From: Bacteroidota bacterium
Lineage (GTDB): Bacteria; Bacteroidota; Bacteroidia; Chitinophagales; Chitinophagaceae
Length of the DNA stretch: 64,000 nucleotides
Assembly (NCBI GenBank): GCA_023422565.1
Contig: JAFAGR010000021.1
Span: 7,227-71,226, forward strand
Reading direction: 5' to 3'
The position numbers were made by a program, and so were the translations under genes. Shown piece by piece: positions 1 to 10,110 of the stretch. Within the stretch, counting starts at the first letter, position 1. The number at the start of each line of letters is the position of its first letter. The notes beneath the pieces are model-generated. The model saw nothing but the letters and a program-made list of their open reading frames with translations. It had not been told where the DNA came from and ran no database searches.

Positions 1-390
1 GAATATAATCTCGCCAAGGGCCGTTGTTATCTTGAACTTGGAAATGTGGAGGAAGCGATCACGCAGTTTGGCCATGTAGTTCGCATGCGCCCCAGAAATA
101 TAAATGGATGGGTTGAACTTCTGAAAACCTTCCATTCGGCCGGCATGTATGAAGACGGCCTTGAGTATGCAGGCTTCGCGTGGGAGCAAACTGAAGGTAA
201 ACCCATCTTCAGGTATTATATAAGTATGTTCCTTCTTGAAACGGGCAAAACGAAGGAGGGGCTGATTCAGCTTGAAAACGCTATCCAGGCAAGCCCTAAA
301 CAAATAAAGAAGTTCATTGAGATCAATCCTTCAATTTTGCAGCATCCGCAGGTGGTGGATCTTGTTGCGCGCTACAAAAAGAAAAAGTAG
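1..390 (+). CDS. TPR-repeat protein, C-terminal part (5' truncated by window edge)
   Basis: Frame is open from base 1 (EYNLAKGRCYLELGNVEEAI...); helical TPR-like pattern; stop at 390. Confidence 0.75.
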   Translation, partial: EYNLAKGRCYLELGNVEEAITQFGHVVRMRPRNINGWVELLKTFHSAGMYEDGLEYAGFAWEQTEGKPIFRYYISMFLLETGKTKEGLIQLENAIQASPKQIKKFIEINPSILQHPQVVDLVARYKKKK

Positions 391-426
391 GATCGCTTCT
401 TAAAATTGATTTCTCCTTTCAATTAA

Positions 427-434
427 TATCTTTG
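427..434 (+). promoter_or_regulatory. Bacteroidota housekeeping -7 promoter element (TATCTTTG)
   Basis: Matches TAnnTTTG, 22 nt before the comA start. Confidence 0.65.
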
Positions 435-456
435 CGCCAAATTTTAAGGGCATAGT

Positions 457-1224
457 ATGAATTTCAATCTGACTCAAATTCCTGAGCGTAAGCTAAAGCC
501 ACGCCAGACGGGTATTACAATGGTGATGGATAAAGGCCTTAGCGTTCAGGAGGTAGAAAATTTTCTGAGTGTGGCCGGCCCCCATGTAGATGTGGTGAAG
601 CTGGGATTCGGAACCAGTTATGTAACGCCCAACCTAAAGAATAAGCTTGAGCTCTATCGGAAAAATGATATTCCGGTATATTTCGGGGGAACTCTTTTTG
701 AGGCATTCTTGATAAGGAACCAGTTTGAGGATTACATAAATGTGTGCAGGGAATTTGGCATAAGCTATATGGAAGTGAGCGATGGTTCCATCACTATCCC
801 GCATGCCGAAAAATGCGGTTATATAGAGAAACTCACTAAATACGGGGTGGTACTGAGCGAGGTAGGAAGCAAGGATGCCGCCCACATCATGCCGCCGTAT
901 AAATGGATCGAACTGATGAAGGCCGAACTGGAAGCAGGCTCCAGCTATGTGATCGCGGAAGCACGTGAGGCAGGAAACGTAGGTATCTACCGGGGCACGG
1001 GAGAGGTTCGCGAGGGTCTTGTACAAGAAATTCTAACTCAGATCCCCGAAGGAAAAATTTTGTGGGAAGCTCCTCAAAAGGCACAACAGCTGTACTTTCT
1101 TGAACTGATCGGTTGTAATGTAAACCTCGGCAACATTGCTCCTAATGAAGTTATTCCGTTAGAAGCGATGAGAATCGGCCTTCGCGGAGACACTTTTAAT
1201 TTATATCTCAACAAAGAGGCATGA
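457..1224 (+). CDS. comA: Phosphosulfolactate synthase (ComA family)
   Basis: KPRxxGITMVMDKG, VKLGFGTS, EVSDG, SEVGSKD, EAREAG, WEAP and NVNLGNI motifs. Confidence 0.9.
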   Translation: MNFNLTQIPERKLKPRQTGITMVMDKGLSVQEVENFLSVAGPHVDVVKLGFGTSYVTPNLKNKLELYRKNDIPVYFGGTLFEAFLIRNQFEDYINVCREFGISYMEVSDGSITIPHAEKCGYIEKLTKYGVVLSEVGSKDAAHIMPPYKWIELMKAELEAGSSYVIAEAREAGNVGIYRGTGEVREGLVQEILTQIPEGKILWEAPQKAQQLYFLELIGCNVNLGNIAPNEVIPLEAMRIGLRGDTFNLYLNKEA

Positions 1225-1955
1225 GAAAATATGGATTGATCGGCAAATCTCTTGATCATTCCTTCTCAAAAAAATACTTCGACGAATTGTTTTCGCGGGA
1301 TGGATCGGGTAACACCTTTGAGTTGTTTTCCCTGGAAAATATAAGTGACTTTCCATCCCTTCTCAAATCAGAACCGGCGCTGAAGGGCCTTGCCGTAACC
1401 ATTCCCTATAAGGAAAGTGTGATGCAGTATCTGGACAGGCTTGATGAATCCGCCTTACTAACGGGAGCGGTTAACTGCATTTCTATCGGGCAGCAATTGG
1501 CAGGCTATAATACAGATGTAACCGGTTTTGAAGAATCTTTCAAACCCTTACTGGAGGCCCATCACAGCGGTGCACTCATTTTCGGTAGCGGCGGGGCATC
1601 CAAAGCTGCGCAGTTTGTGTTAAATAAACTTCCGATTCCCTTCATGCTAGTGAGCCGCGATCAGCAGAAAGGTATAAGCTATAACTCAATTGATGCCGAT
1701 CTTCTTTCAAAATATCCTGTGCTTATCAATTGCACTCCCGCCGGCATGTACCCGGCCATACACGAAACTTTGCCAATCCCCTTTCATTTAATAAGCAACC
1801 GGAATTTGTTGTTTGATATGGTGTACAATCCTGCCGAAACTCTTTTTCTAAAGGAAGGAAAAAGCCGGGGGGCAAAAACGGAAAATGGTTTGAAGATGCT
1901 TTACATTCAGGCGGAGGCCAACCTGGCCATATGGGAAGGGCGCGATAAATTTTAG
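1221..1955 (+). CDS. aroE: Shikimate dehydrogenase
   Basis: HSFS, VTIPYK, GAVN, GYNTD, GSGGAS, DMVYNP and NGLxML motifs. Confidence 0.92.
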   Translation: MRKYGLIGKSLDHSFSKKYFDELFSRDGSGNTFELFSLENISDFPSLLKSEPALKGLAVTIPYKESVMQYLDRLDESALLTGAVNCISIGQQLAGYNTDVTGFEESFKPLLEAHHSGALIFGSGGASKAAQFVLNKLPIPFMLVSRDQQKGISYNSIDADLLSKYPVLINCTPAGMYPAIHETLPIPFHLISNRNLLFDMVYNPAETLFLKEGKSRGAKTENGLKMLYIQAEANLAIWEGRDKF

Positions 1956-2536
1956 CCGGCTTGCTGTTCCAGAAACCGGATGAGTTTTTCCATCGCTTTC
2001 TTACGGTGACTAAACGTGTTTTTCTCTTCCATCGTCATTTCTGCAAATCTCCGCACATCTCCATCCGGGATGAATACCGGGTCGTATCCAAAGCCATCCG
2101 ATCCCGCTATCTCAGAAGCAATGTGGCCCTTACAGATGCCTTCAAAAAAATACTTCTCTCTGTTGAGGATAAGGCAGATCACGGTGCGGAATTGTGCGTC
2201 GCGTTTTTCTTTGCCGGCAAGATTTTGTAAAAGTTTTTCAATGTTGGCCTTGTCTGAAGCGGGTTCGCCGGCATACCGTGCGCTCTTCACCCCCGGTTCT
2301 CCATTAAGGGCCTGAACCTCCAGGCCGGTATCTTCACTGAAACAATTTGTACCGGTAAGGTTGTAAATCGTTTGCGCTTTTTCAAACGCGTTTTCCTCAA
2401 GTGTTGAATGGGGCTCGGGTATATCGATGTTTATACCTGCTTCTTTAAGAGTGGAAATCTGAAACCGGCCTCCAAGAACCTTACGAACTTCATTTACTTT
2501 GTTGGCGTTATTCGTGGCGAAGATGAGATTTTGCAT
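1952..2536 (-). CDS. rdgB: Non-canonical purine NTP pyrophosphatase (RdgB/HAM1)
   Basis: FATNNxNK, EDTGL, PGVKSARY, GFGYDPVF and SHR motifs; start placed at MQNLIF (2536). Confidence 0.93.
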   Translation of the reverse strand: MQNLIFATNNANKVNEVRKVLGGRFQISTLKEAGINIDIPEPHSTLEENAFEKAQTIYNLTGTNCFSEDTGLEVQALNGEPGVKSARYAGEPASDKANIEKLLQNLAGKEKRDAQFRTVICLILNREKYFFEGICKGHIASEIAGSDGFGYDPVFIPDGDVRRFAEMTMEEKNTFSHRKKAMEKLIRFLEQQAG

Positions 2537-2547
2537 GTTTATACAGG

Positions 2548-3027
2548 TTAGCTCAGCGAAAACAGTTTTTTCAATCCCATCCAAAGATCTTTCTTAGCTG
2601 TGGCGTCATTTTGCAGTGCGGAAAGTGCCGGTGCTGCAAGATATGTGCAGCCATTAAAAGGCTGAACCTGGAAGTGCGGAAACTGGAGAGGAAGCCCGAG
2701 TTTATCTTGCCCGACGCCGAATAAGATAACTTTTTCGGGTAGAAAATGGGGGATAACCTGACCTGCTGGATCAGCCTGTTTTTCCACGTTTACGAGCGCA
2801 ACATCGCTCATGGCCAGCCCGCATGGAAGCAGCACCTTGCCGAGGAACTCAAGATCAGTATCTGAGATAAATGGAAAACTATTTTCCGCAACCAGTATCA
2901 GAATTCTTTTTGCGTAACCGCCGATGTGCCCGGGAAGGGAAGCGTTTGACTCTGAGCTGAAATCATATAATGCGTTTTTATACAATTGCTTTGCAAGGAA
3001 GGGTGAAAGTTGAACATCCAGACTCAT
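2548..3027 (-). CDS. Conserved hypothetical protein (possibly DNA polymerase III psi-like / UDG-like fold)
   Basis: 159-aa ORF co-oriented with rdgB; FLGKVL..CGL...DVALVN, KVILFG and KKDLW pattern seen in Bacteroidota hypotheticals. Confidence 0.6.
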   Translation of the reverse strand: MSLDVQLSPFLAKQLYKNALYDFSSESNASLPGHIGGYAKRILILVAENSFPFISDTDLEFLGKVLLPCGLAMSDVALVNVEKQADPAGQVIPHFLPEKVILFGVGQDKLGLPLQFPHFQVQPFNGCTYLAAPALSALQNDATAKKDLWMGLKKLFSLS

Positions 3028-3073
3028 AATAGCGGTTTAGCCGGGGAAATTTTCGTTTCTTTGCGTAAAATTA

Positions 3074-4144
3074 ATGATTATGATAGCTGCAGCCGATTTT
3101 AATATCACCAGGGTTGAAAGAAGTAAGTTGAAAGACATTAACCTGGAAAATATTCCCTTTGGCCGGTACTTTACTGACCATATGCTGGAAGTGGATTATG
3201 AAGACGGGGAGTGGAAAACAGTAGAGATCAAACCCTATCAACCCTTGTTAATGGCCCCAAGCGTGGCCGCCCTGCATTATGGCCAGGCAATTTTTGAAGG
3301 AATAAAGGCTTATAAAGACGAGGCCGGCAATGCTGCTATCTTCCGCCCACACGATAACTTCAAGCGTTTTAATATCTCTGCAGAGCGTATGCAGATGCCG
3401 GTGGTACCTGAAGAGATTTTCATGGAAGGCATGAGAGTATTGCTTGAAATGGATCAAAACTGGATCCCTTCTCAAACTGATCATTCACTTTATATCCGAC
3501 CGTTCATGTTCAGTTCCGACGAAATGATCGGAGTTCGTCCCAGTGAGAAGTACAAATTCATGATCATATTAAGCCCTACAGGGCCGTATTACGCTACGCC
3601 AATGCGCATTTACGTGGAGGAGCAGTATGTTCGGGCTGTTGCCGGTGGTATCGGTTACGTTAAAGCCGCCGGAAACTATGGAGCGGCAATGTATGCTACC
3701 GCGGAGGCGAAGAAGAAAGGTTACGACCAGGTGCTTTGGACGGACGCGTTTGAACATAAATATGTTCAGGAGTGTGGAACCATGAATGTGTTCTTTATCA
3801 TAGGAAACAAGGCGGTTACCCCCGGATTGGAAACAGGAACTATTCTGGCAGGTGTAACGCGGGACAGTGTTATTACCATGCTGAAGGAAAAGGGAATTGA
3901 AGTGGAAGAAAGAAGAATTGCAATTGATGAAATTATCGAGGCTCATAAAGCCGGCCATTTAAAGGAAGTGTTCGGAACCGGAACGGCGGCCACTATTTCT
4001 TTGATAAAAGAATTAAGATATAAAGATTATGTGATGGAGTTCGACATTAACAGCTGGAAGATCACCAACGAAATTAAGAACGGCCTGAACGATATACGCT
4101 ACGGAAGGGCCAAGGATACACACGGCTGGATGTACAAAATCTGA
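3074..4144 (+). CDS. ilvE: Branched-chain amino acid aminotransferase
   Basis: FTDHM, LHYGQAIFEGIKAY, LYIRPF, KAAGNY, ILAGVTR and GTAA motifs. Confidence 0.95.
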   Translation: MIMIAAADFNITRVERSKLKDINLENIPFGRYFTDHMLEVDYEDGEWKTVEIKPYQPLLMAPSVAALHYGQAIFEGIKAYKDEAGNAAIFRPHDNFKRFNISAERMQMPVVPEEIFMEGMRVLLEMDQNWIPSQTDHSLYIRPFMFSSDEMIGVRPSEKYKFMIILSPTGPYYATPMRIYVEEQYVRAVAGGIGYVKAAGNYGAAMYATAEAKKKGYDQVLWTDAFEHKYVQECGTMNVFFIIGNKAVTPGLETGTILAGVTRDSVITMLKEKGIEVEERRIAIDEIIEAHKAGHLKEVFGTGTAATISLIKELRYKDYVMEFDINSWKITNEIKNGLNDIRYGRAKDTHGWMYKI

Positions 4145-4169
4145 TGATTTTCAATATATTCTTTAGCAG

Positions 4170-4199
4170 AAGCCGCCTGTTTGGGCGGTTTCATTTTTT
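4170..4199 (+). terminator. Intrinsic terminator after ilvE
   Basis: aagccgcc-tgtttg-ggcggttt hairpin followed by a T-tract. Confidence 0.75.
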
Positions 4200-4247
4200 G
4201 TATAAAAAAAGTTTTAAAAATCAGTTTTTCAACTCAAAGGTTTTTCC

Positions 4248-4255
4248 TACCTTTG
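4248..4255 (+). promoter_or_regulatory. -7 promoter element of rpsL-rpsG (TACCTTTG)
   Basis: TAnnTTTG upstream of rpsL. Confidence 0.7.
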
Positions 4256-4292
4256 CCGTCCGAAAAATCGGGATGAAATAAAAAGGTCTATA

Positions 4293-4673
4293 ATGCCCAC
4301 TATTCAACAATTAGTAAGAAAAGGTAGAGAAATTATAAAGTCTAAGAGCAAATCCAGGGCGCTGGACAGTTGTCCGCAGCGCAGGGGCGTTTGCACAAGG
4401 GTGTACACCACTACGCCCAAGAAACCAAACTCTGCATTGAGGAAGGTAGCTAAAGTTCGTTTGACGAATAAAATTGAGGTGATCGCTTACATTCCGGGTG
4501 AAGGCCACAACCTGCAGGAGCACTCTATCGTGCTTATCCGCGGAGGAAGGGTGAAGGATCTTCCGGGTGTACGTTACCATATTGTTCGCGGAAGTCTTGA
4601 TACTGCCGGTGTAAAAGACCGCAAACAAAGCCGCAGCAAATACGGTACTAAGAGAGAAAAAGCAAAAAAATAA
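4293..4673 (+). CDS. rpsL: 30S ribosomal protein S12
   Basis: [34 protein letters not shown]. Confidence 0.99.
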   Translation: MPTIQQLVRKGREIIKSKSKSRALDSCPQRRGVCTRVYTTTPKKPNSALRKVAKVRLTNKIEVIAYIPGEGHNLQEHSIVLIRGGRVKDLPGVRYHIVRGSLDTAGVKDRKQSRSKYGTKREKAKK

Positions 4674-4722
4674 TTAACAGCATTAATAATTAAGGTTATT
4701 AATACCCAATAAATAAACAACA

Positions 4723-5190
4723 ATGCGTAAAGCACAAGCCAAGAAACTTCCATTAGCCCCTGACCCTAAGTTCAATGACAAACTGGTTACCCGTTTTGTG
4801 AACAACCTGATGTGGGAAGGTAAAAAAAGCGGTGCCTATAATATTTTCTACGACGCCCTTGAAAAAGTAGCTAAGCAAACCGGCGAGGATGGTTACGAGG
4901 TTTGGAAGAAAGCTCTTACCAACATCACTCCTGGTGTAGAGGTGCGCAGCCGCCGTATCGGTGGTGCCACTTTTCAGATCCCTGCGGAAGTTCGCCCGGA
5001 CAGGAAGGTTTCCCTCAGCATCAAATGGATGATCCGTTACAGCCGTGAACGTAATGGCCGTAGCATGTCAGACAAACTGGCGAATGAGATAGTAGCGGCA
5101 AGCAAGGGTGAAGGTGCTTCATTTAAGAAGAAGGAAGATACTCATCGTATGGCTGAAGCGAATAAGGCATTTGCTCACTTCAGAATTTAA
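4723..5190 (+). CDS. rpsG: 30S ribosomal protein S7
   Basis: [32 protein letters not shown]. Confidence 0.99.
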   Translation: MRKAQAKKLPLAPDPKFNDKLVTRFVNNLMWEGKKSGAYNIFYDALEKVAKQTGEDGYEVWKKALTNITPGVEVRSRRIGGATFQIPAEVRPDRKVSLSIKWMIRYSRERNGRSMSDKLANEIVAASKGEGASFKKKEDTHRMAEANKAFAHFRI

Positions 5191-5211
5191 TCGACGAAAG
5201 ATAATTTTTTA

Positions 5212-5243
5212 AAAAGATCCGGACTTGTTCCGGATTTTTTTTG
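5212..5243 (+). terminator. Intrinsic terminator after rpsG
   Basis: aagatccgga-cttgt-tccggatttt plus T8. Confidence 0.8.
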
Positions 5244-5669
5244 TGCCGTTTATACAGGGTTACCTGTCGGTTATAACCTTAAAGCGCGTGGCGCTATGGT
5301 TTGGGAGGAGTTCTACTTTCAGGTGTCTTAAAAACTCTAACGCAGGGGTAGCCTGGGTCAGTTTCAGACGGTTATCACTTTTAGCCGCGTTAATGGTAAA
5401 ATTAGTGTGAAGAATGAGATTTGGAGCTAAGAAAAGGTAAGGTTGCCCGGTAAGATCTTTACAATTTTCTTTAATTCAAGGCCTGTCCGATCGGAAAACA
5501 GTTGATCTTCTACCTATTAAAAGGAATAGTGAATGAAAGGTTCGTGGTAATATCTCCTTTCTTACGGACCCAAGTATCAAGTTTATCAGACACTACGCGG
5601 CTAAAAGTTATAACCGGCCTAATCAAGGGCAGCGGCCACAAAGAGAAAATATGACGTGATGGCCCGCGT

Positions 5670-8510
5670 TTATTTGATCAATAAAATCGTTCCCTTCTGC
5701 GTGATCACAGATCCCTCACATTCAACCTGAGCAACCCAAACAAAATTTTGCGAGTTGAAATTATTTTTCCCCTTCCATGTTCCATCCCATCCTAAACTTG
5801 GCGCATTGGGTGAGAAATTCCTTCTTTCAAACACCTTCATTCCCTGACGGTCGAACACCATGAAGCTTAATATTTTTTCGAAGCCTCGTGCGATGGGGTA
5901 GAAGTAATCGTTTAACCCGTCACGGTTTGGAGTGAAGGCATTAGGTACCAACAGGGTACTGTTCATACAGTTCACGATAACTTTCACCTTGTCGCTGGCC
6001 ACGCAGCCGTTCCTGTCGGTCACATTTACGGTATACTCACGGTTTGTAAGTAAGGTGCCCGAAGGATTTGGACAATCGGCGCAGCTTAATCCATCGCCAA
6101 GCGGTTCCCAGGAATAAGACACGATGTCCGGGCCATAGCTGGCGTTAATTATAAATGGCGTATTAAAATCCTGCCTGATATCTGCACCGGCATTCACTAC
6201 CGGGTTGGCATAAATTCTCAATGAAGCTGTGGCAGTATCACTAAAGCAACCTACAGAATCGCGGATAACCACGGTGTATTCTGATGATTGTTGAGGCGAG
6301 GCCGTAGCGGCAAACGGATTGGAAGCGTTAAGACCCGCAGCAGGTAACCAGCTTATGATACCTTCCGCATCATCATTTAATTTATAGGTCACGGTTTCGC
6401 CCAAACAAACGGCGGTATCGGCCGGACTCACACGAAGATCGATAGGCCCGTAAACCTTAATCATAGAACTGTCGCTGTTCTTACATCCGTATTCGCTGAT
6501 GGCATTGGCTATGTAATTAGTAGAGGTGGTGGGGCGCACAATCACCGAATCGCAATTGTTGCAATTCATTCCGGGAAGCGGGCTCCAGGTGATCTCGTCT
6601 GAGGAATATGCAATTAGTTCAAGCGAGTTACCAAGGCAAAGCGTATCGTGCCTCGGAAGGATATCAACGATTGGCAAGGGCCTGATTCTGATAGGAACTT
6701 TCGTCTTTTGCATACAATTGCTCACGTCAGTAGCCGTGAGGGTGATGTTGTATGAGCCGGGCATTGGGTAACTATAAGGGTCTGGCGTATGGGCAGTGTC
6801 ACCTTCATCATTTCCAAAATTCCATTCCCAGTTCGAAATAGGTTCATAGTCATAAAAGGGATAAGAGTTGTTAATGAATGCCACCGTACTATCATAGCAC
6901 AAACTAAAGGGAGTGGAAAAATCGATCACGGGCCCCTTCACTCTAACGGGCTCGGATAAACGAACCGTGTCATGGCAGGTTCCCGGGTAATTGTCTTTTA
7001 TAACAAGGAAGTCGTCATACAAGCCGTGGGCGGTAGGGAAGTATTGAAGATGATTTACCGTACCATTGTTCACCACCTCGCCATTTACATGGAACTCGTA
7101 TGTAAACCCGGATTCGGGATCATAATCGCGTTCTACGTGATACCGGATCATACTGTCTTTACAAACAGAGTTTTTATCGCTTATAAAAAGCGGCAAAGCA
7201 GTATAGATCGCCTTCCGTACACTGTCCCTGCAACCGGTTATATCATCCACCAATAAAAGATCCGCATAAAAGGAGCCGCTTGTAGGGAAAACGTGGGCGC
7301 CATGAAAGCTGGTAGTATCTTTTACATTCGGGTCATCGCCATAGGTCCACGCAAGGTGATCAATATTGCCCAGAGATTGATTCGGGAAGGTGAAACTGTT
7401 TAGCGCATCACATGTATTACGCACATTGAATGCAGAAATAACACCTTCAATATGGATCTGTGTGCTATCCGGAGTTCCGGGGCAACCGTTTTGATAAGGT
7501 GTTACAGAAACCATCATATCACCCAACTTCCTGTACCGGTGTTCAGTGAGATTGGTATTAACACTATCGGTTCGGCCGTCGCCAAAGTTCCACAGATAGT
7601 ATTCAGCCCCTGAAGCTAGGGCGTTCATCTCCACATATTCTGACCCGCAAAATGTGTCCCTCCCGCTCACCATTCCGTGCGAAAGATTAGTAGGAGGCAG
7701 GCCGAAACCGAATTCAGGAAAATAATATTCATTCTTGCATCCTAAATTAGTTGTTACCGTAACCTTTGCTGAGGTAATATCATCGGTAGTGGTGTAGCTG
7801 TGTTGAATATTGTTTGAAGTATTTGCTACCGGTGCAGATCCGTCGCCAAATTCCCACAATATGTTAGCGATACCATCTTCCGGGATCAACTGGGTGGAAA
7901 CGCGGAACTGCGGACGCGCAGGAAGGCAGCCGCTGGTAATGTTCATGGTACCCGTTACCTGCAGCGGGTTTATATTAACCGTGGTGGTCGATTCCTGCGA
8001 ACAACCTTGTGCGTTAAACGACTTAACCCGCACGGTAAAACTACCGAATGAAGTGAAATTGTGAGAAACCTGGTTTGATGAGGAAGTGATAGGCTGACTT
8101 CCATCGCCAAAGTCCCATATATAATTTCCGGTGCTCGTGCCCGAAGCGGTGAAACTCACCTCGCCGGTTTTGCAATGCAAAGTTCGTTCTGCGGTTAAAG
8201 TAACATTCGGGCTGCGGTGGATGACGATGGTTTTTTCGGTGGTTACGGCTACATCTCTGTAAACAGCTATCAGTTTTATTTTATATGTACCGGGATTGAC
8301 GTAGGTAATTCTTTCTATCGGCTGATTTCCCATACGGCCATTTCCAAAATCCCATACAAAAGACTCGGGGTTTCCTGAACTTGTTTGCTGAAAAGTTACT
8401 ACTTGCGGTGCGCAAAAACTACCGTTGGGTGTACTAATACTAAAATTTGCTGTCTGAGACAGGCAGGGAAGTGAGAGAAAGACACATAAAATTGGGTACA
8501 AAATCTTCAT
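5670..8510 (-). CDS. PKD-repeat surface protein with gliding-motility-associated (type B T9SS) C-terminal domain
   Basis: Signal peptide, repeated WDFGDG PKD motifs, C-terminal VPNAFTPNRDGLND...FDRQG...WDG...KGTILLIK. Confidence 0.9.
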   Translation of the reverse strand: MKILYPILCVFLSLPCLSQTANFSISTPNGSFCAPQVVTFQQTSSGNPESFVWDFGNGRMGNQPIERITYVNPGTYKIKLIAVYRDVAVTTEKTIVIHRSPNVTLTAERTLHCKTGEVSFTASGTSTGNYIWDFGDGSQPITSSSNQVSHNFTSFGSFTVRVKSFNAQGCSQESTTTVNINPLQVTGTMNITSGCLPARPQFRVSTQLIPEDGIANILWEFGDGSAPVANTSNNIQHSYTTTDDITSAKVTVTTNLGCKNEYYFPEFGFGLPPTNLSHGMVSGRDTFCGSEYVEMNALASGAEYYLWNFGDGRTDSVNTNLTEHRYRKLGDMMVSVTPYQNGCPGTPDSTQIHIEGVISAFNVRNTCDALNSFTFPNQSLGNIDHLAWTYGDDPNVKDTTSFHGAHVFPTSGSFYADLLLVDDITGCRDSVRKAIYTALPLFISDKNSVCKDSMIRYHVERDYDPESGFTYEFHVNGEVVNNGTVNHLQYFPTAHGLYDDFLVIKDNYPGTCHDTVRLSEPVRVKGPVIDFSTPFSLCYDSTVAFINNSYPFYDYEPISNWEWNFGNDEGDTAHTPDPYSYPMPGSYNITLTATDVSNCMQKTKVPIRIRPLPIVDILPRHDTLCLGNSLELIAYSSDEITWSPLPGMNCNNCDSVIVRPTTSTNYIANAISEYGCKNSDSSMIKVYGPIDLRVSPADTAVCLGETVTYKLNDDAEGIISWLPAAGLNASNPFAATASPQQSSEYTVVIRDSVGCFSDTATASLRIYANPVVNAGADIRQDFNTPFIINASYGPDIVSYSWEPLGDGLSCADCPNPSGTLLTNREYTVNVTDRNGCVASDKVKVIVNCMNSTLLVPNAFTPNRDGLNDYFYPIARGFEKILSFMVFDRQGMKVFERRNFSPNAPSLGWDGTWKGKNNFNSQNFVWVAQVECEGSVITQKGTILLIK

Positions 8511-8556
8511 GATCGATTCCGGTGATTTTTCTAAGTAAGCGGTCTTTCATAAAAAT

Positions 8557-8571
8557 TCAAATCCTGTGCCT
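8557..8571 (-). promoter_or_regulatory. Putative sigma-54 (-24/-12) promoter of the PKD gene
   Basis: Minus strand AGGCAC-AGGAT-TTGA, with GG to GA spacing of 12 nt as in TGGCAC-N5-TTGC. Confidence 0.55.
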
Positions 8572-8816
8572 GATCAACGGAATGCTAAAATTTGTGCAAA
8601 ATCATTCCGATTCGTTAAAAATTTTACTCACTAATTGCGGGTGTGAAGACAAGGTGGGGTTCTTACGGCAGGATATTAGGGGGAGTGTAAAATACAATTA
8701 AAACCCGAAAATCCAAACTTTTCCTTGATAAATAAGGCTTTCCGGCTCGGCCGTAAGCAGAACGCAATGATTTTAAACCTTTTGTATTAATAAAAAATAT
8801 TATACAATCCCTAAAT

Positions 8817-9809
8817 CTAGTTTGAAGTTTGGGTGGAATCAATAATAGGGGTTGTTTCAGGTGGCGGTAACAACTGTATGGTATCTTCAACCGGCTTTTC
8901 AACGGGTTTTGGTGTTTCTACCGTTTCTTCTGATGTGGGCTTTTCCTTATCAGAATTATCCGTAGGTTCTGCCGTGGATGAATTTTCATCGGTTGCAGGC
9001 GTTTCAGTTTCAGAGCCTTCTTCTGAACCGGTTTTCTTTCCTTTTTTCGAGGCCCGCTTTGCCTGTGCCTTTTTAAGCTTCTTATTTGATGCCTTTTCGG
9101 CTGCGGCATCCCCATCCATCTTCATTATGGCATGGTGTATCATAAAATAGTACAACTTATAGGTGCCTTCGTCGGTCATTGCCGTGGTTACGTAAAGGGT
9201 ACGCTTGCTGCGGTCTTTTTCGGTTGCCTTTTTTGTCAGCGACAAACCTACATTGGGTATAAAATAATCTCCATCGTTGAGCCCGAGGGAGAAAAAAGGA
9301 ATTTCAGGTTTGTTCCCCTTACCGCTTCCGCTGTATATCATGGCTTCCATTATCTTGTCGGCAAGGGCCATAAAATACTTCGCACTGTCCTTGTTCCCCA
9401 ATTGATGATAGGCAAAGGAGCGTTCCTTAAGCGTGCTCAAACTTAGCGGATGCTTGGCCAGATAAGTTTTTGATTCGATTAGCGCGTCTTCATAGTAGCC
9501 ATTGTCATTTAATTCAATGATCTCTTTCTCGGTTTCCATCTGTTCCACCGGCCTGTAATTCGGGTTTTCGGTAAAACCGATCATCAGGGCCAGGGTTTCA
9601 CCGCGGGTAAGGCTGGTATCATTTTCCAGGAATCGGCGTAAAAGCTTGTTATAGGCCAGGGTGTCGTTCTTATCCTTTGTTCTTTCCAAAATCATTCGAA
9701 AATCCCGGCCATAGTCGAAGGCCGGCCCCGTAACCACCTGGTTACTGATCATTTGGGCCGAGGTAAGTGTGCTAATAAGTAAAAAGAGAATGGTATAAGT
9801 CAGTTTCAT
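8817..9809 (-). CDS. Exported DUF4919-like protein with low-complexity C-terminal tail
   Basis: Signal peptide; YxKLLxRF...DTSLT and I.SG.G..PE.P pattern; K/A-rich then E/T/P-rich tail. Confidence 0.65.
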   Translation of the reverse strand: MKLTYTILFLLISTLTSAQMISNQVVTGPAFDYGRDFRMILERTKDKNDTLAYNKLLRRFLENDTSLTRGETLALMIGFTENPNYRPVEQMETEKEIIELNDNGYYEDALIESKTYLAKHPLSLSTLKERSFAYHQLGNKDSAKYFMALADKIMEAMIYSGSGKGNKPEIPFFSLGLNDGDYFIPNVGLSLTKKATEKDRSKRTLYVTTAMTDEGTYKLYYFMIHHAIMKMDGDAAAEKASNKKLKKAQAKRASKKGKKTGSEEGSETETPATDENSSTAEPTDNSDKEKPTSEETVETPKPVEKPVEDTIQLLPPPETTPIIDSTQTSN

Positions 9810-9924
9810 ATTTATAAATAGGGCAGAAAGTTATATAAAATAATGATGCACGCCCTGTGATCCCGGAAGATCAGGAAGAGAAAATGTTACGTTAAAACCA
9901 CACATCTTTACCAGAAAAAGTGCT

Positions 9925-9932
9925 TATCTTTG
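9925..9932 (+). promoter_or_regulatory. -7 promoter element of fusA (TATCTTTG)
   Basis: TAnnTTTG about 180 nt upstream of fusA. Confidence 0.7.
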
Positions 9933-10110
9933 CGGCCGCTAAATGGGTCAACATTTCCGGTTCGCGTTGAAACTATTTAGCTATCTATGAGAGTCTGAAT
10001 CTATAATATCGCCCCCGCCGCATTAAGCCGGTGAACAATGGGGAAGGTGTATCCCGTACACATCACATCTTTTAAATACAATAAACATTCTAATTTTTAA
10101 ATAATCAAAA

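Noticed and set aside
5244..5669. About 430-bp intergenic gap with a 61-aa ORF (5225-5410)
   Set aside because: The ORF begins inside the rpsG terminator and has no motif; no tRNA, riboswitch or repeat was recognisable.
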